From NCBI GenBank assembly GCA_963849365.1, contig CAWKHA010000004.1, positions 585,214-649,213 on the forward strand: a stretch of DNA of 64,000 bases, in the 5' to 3' direction. A program made the position numbers and the translations under genes. Source of the DNA: an uncultured Actinomycetota bacterium (GTDB lineage Bacteria; Actinomycetota; Actinomycetes; Prado026). How positions within the stretch are numbered: the first letter of the stretch is position 1; each line of letters begins with the position of its first letter. The notes below the pieces were generated by a model. The model was not told the DNA's origin. It made no database searches and was given only the letters and a program-made list of their open reading frames with translations. Below are positions 18,374 to 26,217 of this stretch, in pieces.

Positions 18374-19345
18374 ATGTCATCCGCCCTACTTCGTAGGCTT
18401 GCTCCACTTTCCCTCTTCGCCGTTCCCCTTCTGATACCCGTACTCGTCAGCACCAGCAACGCGGCCACCAACCACAAGCACAAGCACAAGCACCACGCGA
18501 ACAAGGCGTCGGTGAGTGCGAAGGCGACTACCTCGGCCAAGACCACCTCCGCCGCGAAGACCAGCACCACCGCGAAGGCCTCGACGGCCGCCGTGGCCGC
18601 GGCGCCGAACATGGCCATCCCGGCGGCAGCACGAGGTGTCCTGTTCGGCACCTCGATGGGCACCGACAGCGCAGCGACGGTGCGGCTCTTCCCGAACGCC
18701 CGGATCGGCCGGGTCTTCTGGAGCTCGCCGAAGACCACGCTGCCGGCGCTGCCGTCCTCGTACGCGATCTGGCTGTCCTTCAAGACCAGCCCTTCGACGG
18801 TCGCGTCCGGTCAGTTCAACGCTCAGTTCGCCACGATGCTGCAGGCCTGGAACAGGTCCGGACGCACCGTGTTCTGGACCTGGCAGCACGAGGCCGACCG
18901 GCACGCCGGGTTCAGCTCTGCGCAGTTCCGGCAGGGCTGGGCGCAGCTGCTGTCGGTGGAGAAGAAGTACCCCAGCTCCCGGGTGAGGTCAATGAGCATC
19001 CTCACCGGCATCGTCCTCGCGCCGAACAGGCCGCACGGAGACCCGGCCAACTGGTACGTGAACGCGGACGTGCTCGGCTTCGACTGCTACGTCCCGGCCA
19101 GCGTCCCGCGGGCCATGGCGTACGCGAGGGCGAAGCACAAGCCGTGGGCGATCCCGGAGTTCGGCGCCGACAACGGTGACGCCGGCAACATCAAGTACAT
19201 CCAGGACACCATCAACCAGTGGGCTGCGTACCCGCCGGTCGGCGCGTCCTGGTACAACAACACAGCCGCGGCCAGCTTCTCGCAGCCGTTGCGGCAGCTG
19301 CCGCAGACGACGACCTACCTGCGCGCACTCGCAGCCGTCGGCTGA
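18374..19345 (+). CDS. secreted GH26-like glycoside hydrolase, copy 2 (intact)
   Basis: 323 aa: signal, KHKHKHH, Thr/Ala/Lys linker, catalytic domain with WQHEAD (acid/base-like) and WAIPEFG (nucleophile-like) motifs. Confidence 0.65.
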   Translation: MSSALLRRLAPLSLFAVPLLIPVLVSTSNAATNHKHKHKHHANKASVSAKATTSAKTTSAAKTSTTAKASTAAVAAAPNMAIPAAARGVLFGTSMGTDSAATVRLFPNARIGRVFWSSPKTTLPALPSSYAIWLSFKTSPSTVASGQFNAQFATMLQAWNRSGRTVFWTWQHEADRHAGFSSAQFRQGWAQLLSVEKKYPSSRVRSMSILTGIVLAPNRPHGDPANWYVNADVLGFDCYVPASVPRAMAYARAKHKPWAIPEFGADNGDAGNIKYIQDTINQWAAYPPVGASWYNNTAAASFSQPLRQLPQTTTYLRALAAVG

Positions 19346-19452
19346 GGCACTTCTCCTGCCACTCGACCGGGCGAGCGGTCGCCGGCGGAGCCCGAAACGG
19401 CTCTGTCGGCGACCAACCGCCCGGTCGAGTGGTCCCCGGGGCCGCCTGCGCG

Positions 19453-20400
19453 TCAGTGGGTGGGGTGCGCCCGGTAGTAGTCGCGCCAGATGAGCCGGTG
19501 CACCGGCACCCAGCGCGGGATCGACCGCAGGACGGGGATGAACGGCAGCAGCAGGAACCCCAGCGTCAGCAGCATCATCAGCCCCCAGACGTAGGCGTCC
19601 GCGCTGGCCCCGACCGTGGTGCTCTCGTCGCTGAACGGCTTGACCTGGTACCAGAAGGTGTACAGCCACAGCCACGACTGGCCGGGGTAGCTGCCCGTCT
19701 CGTTCATCATCCCCCACTGGTCCCCGCCCAGGTGCTGGCCGCGGGCCTGGTCCTCCAGGTACGTGCCGTCGGCGAGGAACAGCAGCGGGTAGGTGTAGTC
19801 GGTGTTGAAGAACTTCCCGCGCGCCTGCAGGACCCCGTCCAGCGAACCCTGCTGCGCCGCGTCCAGGGCCGCCGCCGTCAGCGCCGGTACCGGACCGTAG
19901 TCACCCGACGCGGCCTGGGTGTAGTCGCCCTCCGGTGCGTTGGCCACGGCGTCCGCGTACGCGCCCGCCCACGCTGCCTGCTGGTCCGCCGTCGCCTGGT
20001 TCCAGGTGTTGAGCGCCGCCGTGACCTCCGCCGACGCCGGCAGGCTGCTGAGCGGGTCGATCACGAAGTCCTTCGCGGCGTCGATCGGGATCCGGACGCC
20101 GGAGGCCTTCTGCAGGTCCAGCGGACCGAGCTTCTGGGTCGCGTCCGTCGTGTTGTACGGCGGCCCGTAACCCGCCGTGCCGCTGGTTCCGGCCAGCTCC
20201 TGTGCCGCCGTCGAGACGAAGTCCGACGGGGCCGCCTTGGCCCACGACTGCAGGGTGAGGCTCTTCTCGTCCGGTGACCCGAACGCGAACGCCAGCCCGA
20301 TGACGAGCGCCCCGACCACGACCAGGGCGATCACGAACTCCTTGACCAGGTCGTACTCCCGGGTCGCTCCCGACCACGGGCGGCTCGCGATGTCGGTCAT
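19453..20400 (-). CDS. bitopic/polytopic membrane protein encoded downstream of cytochrome b; C-terminal helix carries a cyt b C-domain-like VLRSIP segment
   Basis: 315 aa, N-terminal TM, ~230-aa extracytoplasmic domain, C-terminal hydrophobic LMMLLTLGFLLLPFIPVLRSIPRW; ATG overlaps cyt b stop (ATGA); no Cys. Confidence 0.55.
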   Translation of the reverse strand: MTDIASRPWSGATREYDLVKEFVIALVVVGALVIGLAFAFGSPDEKSLTLQSWAKAAPSDFVSTAAQELAGTSGTAGYGPPYNTTDATQKLGPLDLQKASGVRIPIDAAKDFVIDPLSSLPASAEVTAALNTWNQATADQQAAWAGAYADAVANAPEGDYTQAASGDYGPVPALTAAALDAAQQGSLDGVLQARGKFFNTDYTYPLLFLADGTYLEDQARGQHLGGDQWGMMNETGSYPGQSWLWLYTFWYQVKPFSDESTTVGASADAYVWGLMMLLTLGFLLLPFIPVLRSIPRWVPVHRLIWRDYYRAHPTH

Positions 20401-21083
20401 GACTGCACCTCCTGCGGCTCCGGGGAGGCCAGCGGTTCCTCGTGCGCCTCAGGCGCGTCCGTCGCGTCGATCGGCGGCACGACACCGCGCCTGCGGACCT
20501 GGAGCACGTGCCACACCACGACCGCACCGAGGACCAGCGGGAGCAGCGCGACGTGGAACAGGAGCATCTGGCCGACGTCGAGCACGTTGAACCACGCGCC
20601 GATCCCGACCGAGTTGAGCCCGTCCTTCGCCTGCGTCGAGATCCACTGCGCGTCGAAGTTCGTCTGGACGAGGTAGCCCGTGAAGGCCGTGCCGATCGAG
20701 GCCAGGAAGGCCACGACCCCCGTCATCCAGGTCGCGGCGCGGCGACCCCGCCACGACGCCATCCAGAACTTGCCCCACAGGTGCACGACCATGAACAGGA
20801 AGAACAGCTCGACGCTCCACAGGTGGGTGCTGTTCACGTAGTGGCCGACCGAGGACGTGTGGTACCACTGCGGACCCGCGAGGGTCAGGACCAGCCCTGA
20901 CACGATCACGAAGATGAGCGCAGCGATGGTCGCGACGCCGAAGACGTAGATCCACGAGGCGACGTACTCGGGCTGCTCCTCGGGGAGGAGCTTCTCCGGT
21001 GGGAGCGCACCGAAGAACCGGCGGCGGAGCCGGCCGGTCCAGGTGCGCGGCTGCGGCTCCGCGTGGTGCGTGGCCGCCGTCAT
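20397..21083 (-). CDS. cytochrome b, N-terminal (b6-like, four-helix, bis-heme) domain only
   Basis: 228 aa; four His in expected helices (HLWS...VVHLW; FHVALLP...WHVLQ). Cyt b N-domain consensus. C-terminal part of artefactual track ORF 20397..23597. Confidence 0.75.
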   Translation of the reverse strand: MTAATHHAEPQPRTWTGRLRRRFFGALPPEKLLPEEQPEYVASWIYVFGVATIAALIFVIVSGLVLTLAGPQWYHTSSVGHYVNSTHLWSVELFFLFMVVHLWGKFWMASWRGRRAATWMTGVVAFLASIGTAFTGYLVQTNFDAQWISTQAKDGLNSVGIGAWFNVLDVGQMLLFHVALLPLVLGAVVVWHVLQVRRRGVVPPIDATDAPEAHEEPLASPEPQEVQS

Positions 21084-21259
21084 GGCCGCCGCCTCCCCTT
21101 GGGGAACGGCAACGCGATCGCCAGGACGAACAGCACGATCCCGATCGCGATCATGACGAGGTTGCCGACCGAGATCTGGATGGGCCCCGCGTCCAGGTAG
21201 CGCGCGGGCTGGTCCAGGTTGCCGGTGAGCGCCCAGAGGGCGGAAACGGCGGAACTCAT
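21080..21259 (-). CDS. small single-TM membrane protein, first gene of the cytochrome b operon
   Basis: 59 aa MSSAVSALWALTGNLDQPARYLDAGPIQISVGNLVMIAIGIVLFVLAIALPFPKGRRRP; stop overlaps cyt b ATG (ATGA). Confidence 0.45.
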   Translation of the reverse strand: MSSAVSALWALTGNLDQPARYLDAGPIQISVGNLVMIAIGIVLFVLAIALPFPKGRRRP

Positions 21260-21338
21260 GGCGTCTCCTGACGTCTCGGTGCCATGCCCCCATGACGAGC
21301 AGCAGGCTAGGGGCGGGCCGCTGGGCGGCAATAGGGAC

Positions 21339-21373
21339 CAACGTCCCTTCCGGCCCCGCTGCCGGGGACGTTG
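21339..21373. promoter_or_regulatory. 9-bp inverted repeat CAACGTCCC ... GGGACGTTG (17-nt spacer) in divergent promoter region between the cyt b operon and the DUF4157 gene
   Basis: Seen in sequence; also nested GGGAC-N4-GTCCC. Confidence 0.35.
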
Positions 21374-21497
21374 CGGTGACGCGCCGGGACGACCCTGGAG
21401 GGCTCCGCCGGTCGCCGGACGAGGCGACCCTTGACGAGGACGCGCCTTGACCGAGCAGGCCCGAGCACGGCGAGCCGGCACCGACCACCCACTGGCC

Positions 21498-23672
21498 ATG
21501 AGCTCGCCGCATGACGCCCAGGAGCAGGAAGCAGAGGGCGCGGCCCGCGCTGTCGTCGGCGGCGGGTCGGCGCGTCCGGTGACCCGGCGGCCGGCGGCGG
21601 CCGGTGCTGCGGGCACGGCAGCCGCTGCCGCCGAGATCTCGGCGCAGATCGACCCGGCCCGTAGCGGCGGCGACGCGCTGCCGGGCGACGTCCGCGGTCG
21701 GATGGAGCGTGGCTTCGGCACGAGCTTCGGTGGCGTACGGCTGCACACCGGTGCCGACGCCGACCGGTTGGCCGGCTCCGCCTCCGCCCGCGCGGTCACC
21801 TCCGGCCCGGACGTGTTCCTGCGCTGGGGCGAGAACCGTCCCGCCAGCCCCGAGGGGCAGCGACTGCTGGCCCACGAGCTGGCGCACGTGGTCCAGCAGC
21901 GCGGTGGCGAGCGGGCCATCCACCGGCAGACCAACCCGCCGCCGACCGGTGGCGGTGGAGGCGGGACACCGGCAGCACGCGTGGTGTACATCGACGCCAA
22001 CGTCGTCATCCAGATCAACCGCGGCAACCAGCCGGTGGCCGACGCGCTCCGGCAGATGCGGGCATCGGGCGTCGACGTGCGCATATCGCCGTTCCAGCGC
22101 GACGAGCTGGTCCGCAACCCGGACATCCCCCGCACGGCCACCGCTCAGCGCCTCATGCTCGAGGAGATGAACGTCCAGACCGGGACGGCACCGACCCTCG
22201 CACAGCGGATCGACGTGGCTACCGAGGGCCAGACGGCCAGCGGCGGCAACATCATGCAGCTGCGCGACCAGCAGCTGGTCGCCTCCGCGCGGGCGGACGG
22301 CAGGAACGTCGAGATCTGGAGCCTGGACACGCCGTTCACGTCCAACTCCGGGCAGGTCGAGGGCACGTACGGCGTGCGCGTCGCGCCGGAGAGCCGGTTG
22401 CCCGTCGTCGCGGCGCGTCCGGACTACCGGGTGGGGCGGGCCCTGCTCGGGCTCGATCCCGTGGAGATCTCGCTCACCGGCGAGGTCACGCGCGGCACGC
22501 CGCCGAGCGGAGGCGGCGGCACCACCACGGGGGGCGGCGGACCGGCCGGAGGCGGTGTCCGACCCGTCCCGCCGACGCCGGGCAGCTCGGGCGCCGGGTC
22601 CACCGTCGGGACCGGAACCAGGGTCGTGGCCGGTGGTCTGGCCATCCTGATCGTTGTCAACGAGGTGCTCGGCGGGATCAACCGCGTCCGAAACGTCCAG
22701 CAGCAGAACATCGACATGGGAGAGGCGCGGCTGGCCTTCTGGCAGCGGTTCGGCGGCAGCCCCACCCGAGGCGTCTGGGACCAGACCGGGCAGCACCCGC
22801 TGCCGGCCGGCACGACGCCGGAGACCAGCGTCTTCGGGTCGCCGTCCTTCCCCTACGTCGTCGACATCGATGTCGCCGGCTTCCGCACCAGCCTGGCGAG
22901 CCACATCGACAGCTACCAGGACTTCTTGTACTTCCTCGACGCCGCCAAGACGCTGGGCACGATCGAGGAAGACCCGCTCATGCCCGACTTCCCCAACAGT
23001 GCGCAACGGGCCGCGAGCCGGCGCTACTACGCCTGGGTCAACAACCCCGACCGCGCCGGACGGCACAGCTACGACATCACGGACACGATCACCAGCGTGC
23101 GCGACGCCGCGCTCAACGAGCTCGGCGAGGGGATGCGCGACCAGGTGCGCGGGCTCTCGGCGGCGCAGCAGGGCAGCGTGTTCCGGCTGAAGGACCGGGC
23201 CGACACCCCGATCTACCGGTCGGCGGGGGGTGGCCAGCAGATCCTCACCGCGCAACAGGTCTTCGGGCCCGACCCGTGGGTCCGGACGACGGGTGAGCAA
23301 CGGGACGTGGGCGGCTGGTTCAGCACAGACATCAGGAAGCTCGTCGTGCCCGCGAACGCCGACGCCCAGCGCGCGGCGCTGGTCAGCGGGTACTGGGTCA
23401 AACAGCCCATCGAGGACACGCTCGACGAGGTCAAGGCCGGCGGACGGCCGGTCCTGGACCGGCAGCCCGCCACCGGTCCGGTCAACAGCTTCGTGGCCGG
23501 CCCCGAACCGGCGGGCCGGGACCGCTTCGGCCAGACGCGCTACTACCGTCATCCCGACCCCGACATCAGGTGGACCGTCGCGCTGGGCGAGCTGCACGAG
23601 TTCTGGGTCAAGGCGGGCGACCTCGAGAGCATCCCCGTGGCCGACGTCCAGGCCTACGCGGGCAGCCGGTAG
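21498..23672 (+). CDS. large multidomain protein: DUF4157 zincin-like (HExxH) module + PIN-like nuclease-like region + Gly-rich linkers/hydrophobic segment + ~330-aa unknown C-terminal domain
   Basis: RMERGFGTSFGGVRLHTGADADRLA ... RLLAHELAHVVQQRG; VVYIDANVVIQINRGN ... NVEIWSLDTPF; ATG 21498 (alternative weak TTG 21447). Confidence 0.7.
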   Translation: MSSPHDAQEQEAEGAARAVVGGGSARPVTRRPAAAGAAGTAAAAAEISAQIDPARSGGDALPGDVRGRMERGFGTSFGGVRLHTGADADRLAGSASARAVTSGPDVFLRWGENRPASPEGQRLLAHELAHVVQQRGGERAIHRQTNPPPTGGGGGGTPAARVVYIDANVVIQINRGNQPVADALRQMRASGVDVRISPFQRDELVRNPDIPRTATAQRLMLEEMNVQTGTAPTLAQRIDVATEGQTASGGNIMQLRDQQLVASARADGRNVEIWSLDTPFTSNSGQVEGTYGVRVAPESRLPVVAARPDYRVGRALLGLDPVEISLTGEVTRGTPPSGGGGTTTGGGGPAGGGVRPVPPTPGSSGAGSTVGTGTRVVAGGLAILIVVNEVLGGINRVRNVQQQNIDMGEARLAFWQRFGGSPTRGVWDQTGQHPLPAGTTPETSVFGSPSFPYVVDIDVAGFRTSLASHIDSYQDFLYFLDAAKTLGTIEEDPLMPDFPNSAQRAASRRYYAWVNNPDRAGRHSYDITDTITSVRDAALNELGEGMRDQVRGLSAAQQGSVFRLKDRADTPIYRSAGGGQQILTAQQVFGPDPWVRTTGEQRDVGGWFSTDIRKLVVPANADAQRAALVSGYWVKQPIEDTLDEVKAGGRPVLDRQPATGPVNSFVAGPEPAGRDRFGQTRYYRHPDPDIRWTVALGELHEFWVKAGDLESIPVADVQAYAGSR

Positions 23673-23694
23673 CCGGGAGCGACAGCCCGCTTCC

Positions 23695-24735
23695 TCACAG
23701 CACGGCGACCGTGGTGCCGGGCGTGCTCGGCACGTCCCGGTCCATCGCAGCGAGCGCGTCCGGCACCTCGTCGAGCCTGATGCGCCGGCCGATCAGGGCG
23801 GAAGGGTCCAGCCGCCCCGACACGATGTCGGCGAGCATCGGGGCGTACTCCGGCGCCGGCATCCCGTGGCTGCCCAGGATCTCGAGCTCGCGGTACACCA
23901 CGTCGCCCATGTCGACCGGGGGATCGGCGTCGGGCCCGGTCAGCAGTCCGACCTGGACGTGCCGGCCGCCCGGGCGCAGGCTGGCGACACCGTCGGCCAG
24001 TAGAGCCGCTCGACCCAGGGCGTCGATGCTCGCGTGCGCTCCCTCGCCGGTCAGGTCCCGGGCGGCGCCGCGCACGTCGACCGCGGCCGGGTCGAGGGTG
24101 ACCTGGGCACCCATCGTCGTGGCCGCGGCACGGGCCGCGGGTGACGGGTCGACAGCGATGACCCGCGCGCCACGGCTGGCGGCGACCATCACCGCGGAGA
24201 GGCCGACTCCTCCGCAGCCGAGGACCAGCACCCAGTCCTGCGCCCCGACCCGGGCCTGCGAGACGACGGCCCGGTAGGCGGTCGCGAAGCGGCAGCCGAG
24301 CACGGCGGCCGTGACGTCGTCGAGCCCGGCAGGGAGTGCGACCAGGTTGACGTCCGCATGGTCGACCAGCACCCGCTCCGCGAAGGAGCCGTCCCTGGTG
24401 AACCCCGGCTGAGTCTGGCGGAGGCAGACCTGCGGGCGACCCTCCCGGCACAGCGCGCAGCTGCCGCACGCGTTCACGAACGGCGCCGTGACGCGATCGC
24501 CGGGGCGCCAGCCGACGACGTCCGGACCGACCTCGATCACCGCACCGGCGAACTCGTGCCCCGGCACGTACGGCACGGTCATGCTCGGGTCGTGCCCGCG
24601 CCAGCCGTGCCAGTCGCTCCGGCAGACCCCGGTGGCGCCGACCTCCACCACTGCACCGTGCGGCGGGCAGACGGGCTCGGACACCTCGTGCAGCCGAGGC
24701 CTGCGCCCGAACTCCTCGACGACCACCGCTTGCAC
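23695..24735 (-). CDS. zinc-dependent alcohol dehydrogenase (MDR family)
   Basis: 346 aa from GTG; GHEFAG, C-x2-C-x2-C-x7-C structural zinc motif, GCGGVG Rossmann. Confidence 0.8.
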   Translation of the reverse strand: MQAVVVEEFGRRPRLHEVSEPVCPPHGAVVEVGATGVCRSDWHGWRGHDPSMTVPYVPGHEFAGAVIEVGPDVVGWRPGDRVTAPFVNACGSCALCREGRPQVCLRQTQPGFTRDGSFAERVLVDHADVNLVALPAGLDDVTAAVLGCRFATAYRAVVSQARVGAQDWVLVLGCGGVGLSAVMVAASRGARVIAVDPSPAARAAATTMGAQVTLDPAAVDVRGAARDLTGEGAHASIDALGRAALLADGVASLRPGGRHVQVGLLTGPDADPPVDMGDVVYRELEILGSHGMPAPEYAPMLADIVSGRLDPSALIGRRIRLDEVPDALAAMDRDVPSTPGTTVAVL

Positions 24736-24879
24736 GGCCGGCCTCCCGCTCTTCGTGGCAGGACCGCAGCCGGCGAACGCACGGCCGCTCCCTGCTGGAG
24801 GAACGTACCCGGCGCTGCGGTCCGCCGGGCGGGACCAACGACCCTGCGCGGGGACCGGGACGGCGCGTGTACTCGGACG

Positions 24880-25470
24880 GTGACTCGTCCTGCGTCGCCC
24901 TGGAAGGTGATGGCTGCGGCCATCGGCGCTGTCCTGCTGGCCGGTTGCGTCACCGTCGACGGGCCGGGCGGGGGCGGCATGGGCGGCCCGGGGATGATGG
25001 GCGCCGACTCGGCCTACCACTACTCGCGCCTGACCTGCTCGGCACCCGCGGACCTCACCGGCGCGCGGGTCATCGTGATGCTCGGTGACATGGGCATGAT
25101 GCGGATGATGGGCGGCACGGCGCCGCTGGGAGTTCGCATGATGCTGCGGGCGGTACCCGGGACCGTGCCGGCCGGGCCGGTGAGCCTGCTCGCGGAGAAC
25201 ATGGGCTGGCGCACCCACGAGCTGGTGATCCTGCCGCTGGCCGCGGGGGTCGCCGCCGGCCAGCGCGTGCCGGGGGCGGACGGCACGATCGACGAGACCG
25301 GCAGCCTCGGCGAGGCCTCGGCCTCGTGCGGGGCCGGAACCGGTGATGGCATCACATCTGGCTCGGTCGGCTGGATGACCGTGACGCTGGCACCCGGACG
25401 CTACGAGCTCCTCTGCAACCTGCCGAACCACTACGCCGACGGCATGTACCAGGAGCTGATCGTCACCTGA
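24880..25470 (+). CDS. cupredoxin-like (type-1 copper motif) lipoprotein
   Basis: Signal + lipobox LLAGC; C-terminal C-x2-H-x4-M (CNLPNHYADGM) with upstream His; GTG start in frame of track ORF 24358..25470. Confidence 0.6.
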   Translation: MTRPASPWKVMAAAIGAVLLAGCVTVDGPGGGGMGGPGMMGADSAYHYSRLTCSAPADLTGARVIVMLGDMGMMRMMGGTAPLGVRMMLRAVPGTVPAGPVSLLAENMGWRTHELVILPLAAGVAAGQRVPGADGTIDETGSLGEASASCGAGTGDGITSGSVGWMTVTLAPGRYELLCNLPNHYADGMYQELIVT

Positions 25471-26119
25471 CGGCGGGCTCGGGCTCGGGCTCGCGCCGGG
25501 GCCGACCAGCGGTCGCACCGCTGCTGGCGACCAGAGCGCGGAGACGGCCACCTCGCAGCCACTCGACCATCCTGGTGACCGGGATCCGCAGCAGCACCCA
25601 GCACAGCACCGCGACGGCCGCGCCGAACACGAGCCCGGCCACCACGTCCAGCGGGAAGTGGGCGCCGACATAGACGCGGGCGAAGCCCATCGCCACCGCC
25701 GCCAGGCCGGCGACCAGGCCCAGCTGCCAGGCCACGAAGAACAGCCCCGCGGCCACCGCGCCCGCCATGGCCGCGTGGTCGCTGGGGAAGGAAGGGTCGC
25801 CCGTCCTGGTCACCAGGACCAGAGCATGCGGGTGGACGACGTAGGGACGGGTCTCGTCCACGGCTTTGATGATCGGCTGGTTGAGGCCGACCGCGAGAAC
25901 CGTGGCCACCGGCGCGACGAGGGCCGCCGCCATCCTGGGCGCGGGCCGGAAGCGGGCGACCCACCAGCCGGCGAGCAGAAGCAGTGCGAAGGCGACGAGG
26001 CCGTACTTGGCCCAGGCCGTCACCGGCCCGTGCAACCAGGACGTCGATCGCGCGAAATCGTTGACGCGCACGAAGAGGCCACCGGGGTCGTAGGCGGTCA
26101 GGCTCACGCTGTTCCTCAT
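25463..26119 (-). CDS. PAP2-family membrane phosphatase
   Basis: Motifs KAVDETRPY, PSDH, ARVYVGAHFPLD. Confidence 0.75.
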   Translation of the reverse strand: MRNSVSLTAYDPGGLFVRVNDFARSTSWLHGPVTAWAKYGLVAFALLLLAGWWVARFRPAPRMAAALVAPVATVLAVGLNQPIIKAVDETRPYVVHPHALVLVTRTGDPSFPSDHAAMAGAVAAGLFFVAWQLGLVAGLAAVAMGFARVYVGAHFPLDVVAGLVFGAAVAVLCWVLLRIPVTRMVEWLRGGRLRALVASSGATAGRPRREPEPEPAVR

Positions 26120-26217
26120 GGTCGAAGGGAGCGATCAGGGTAGGACTCGCCAGGTAAGGCCCCGGTCAACCCGGGGCGTCGGGCGTCCGTGGTGCCGCGG
26201 GCTGGCAACCTGGTCGC

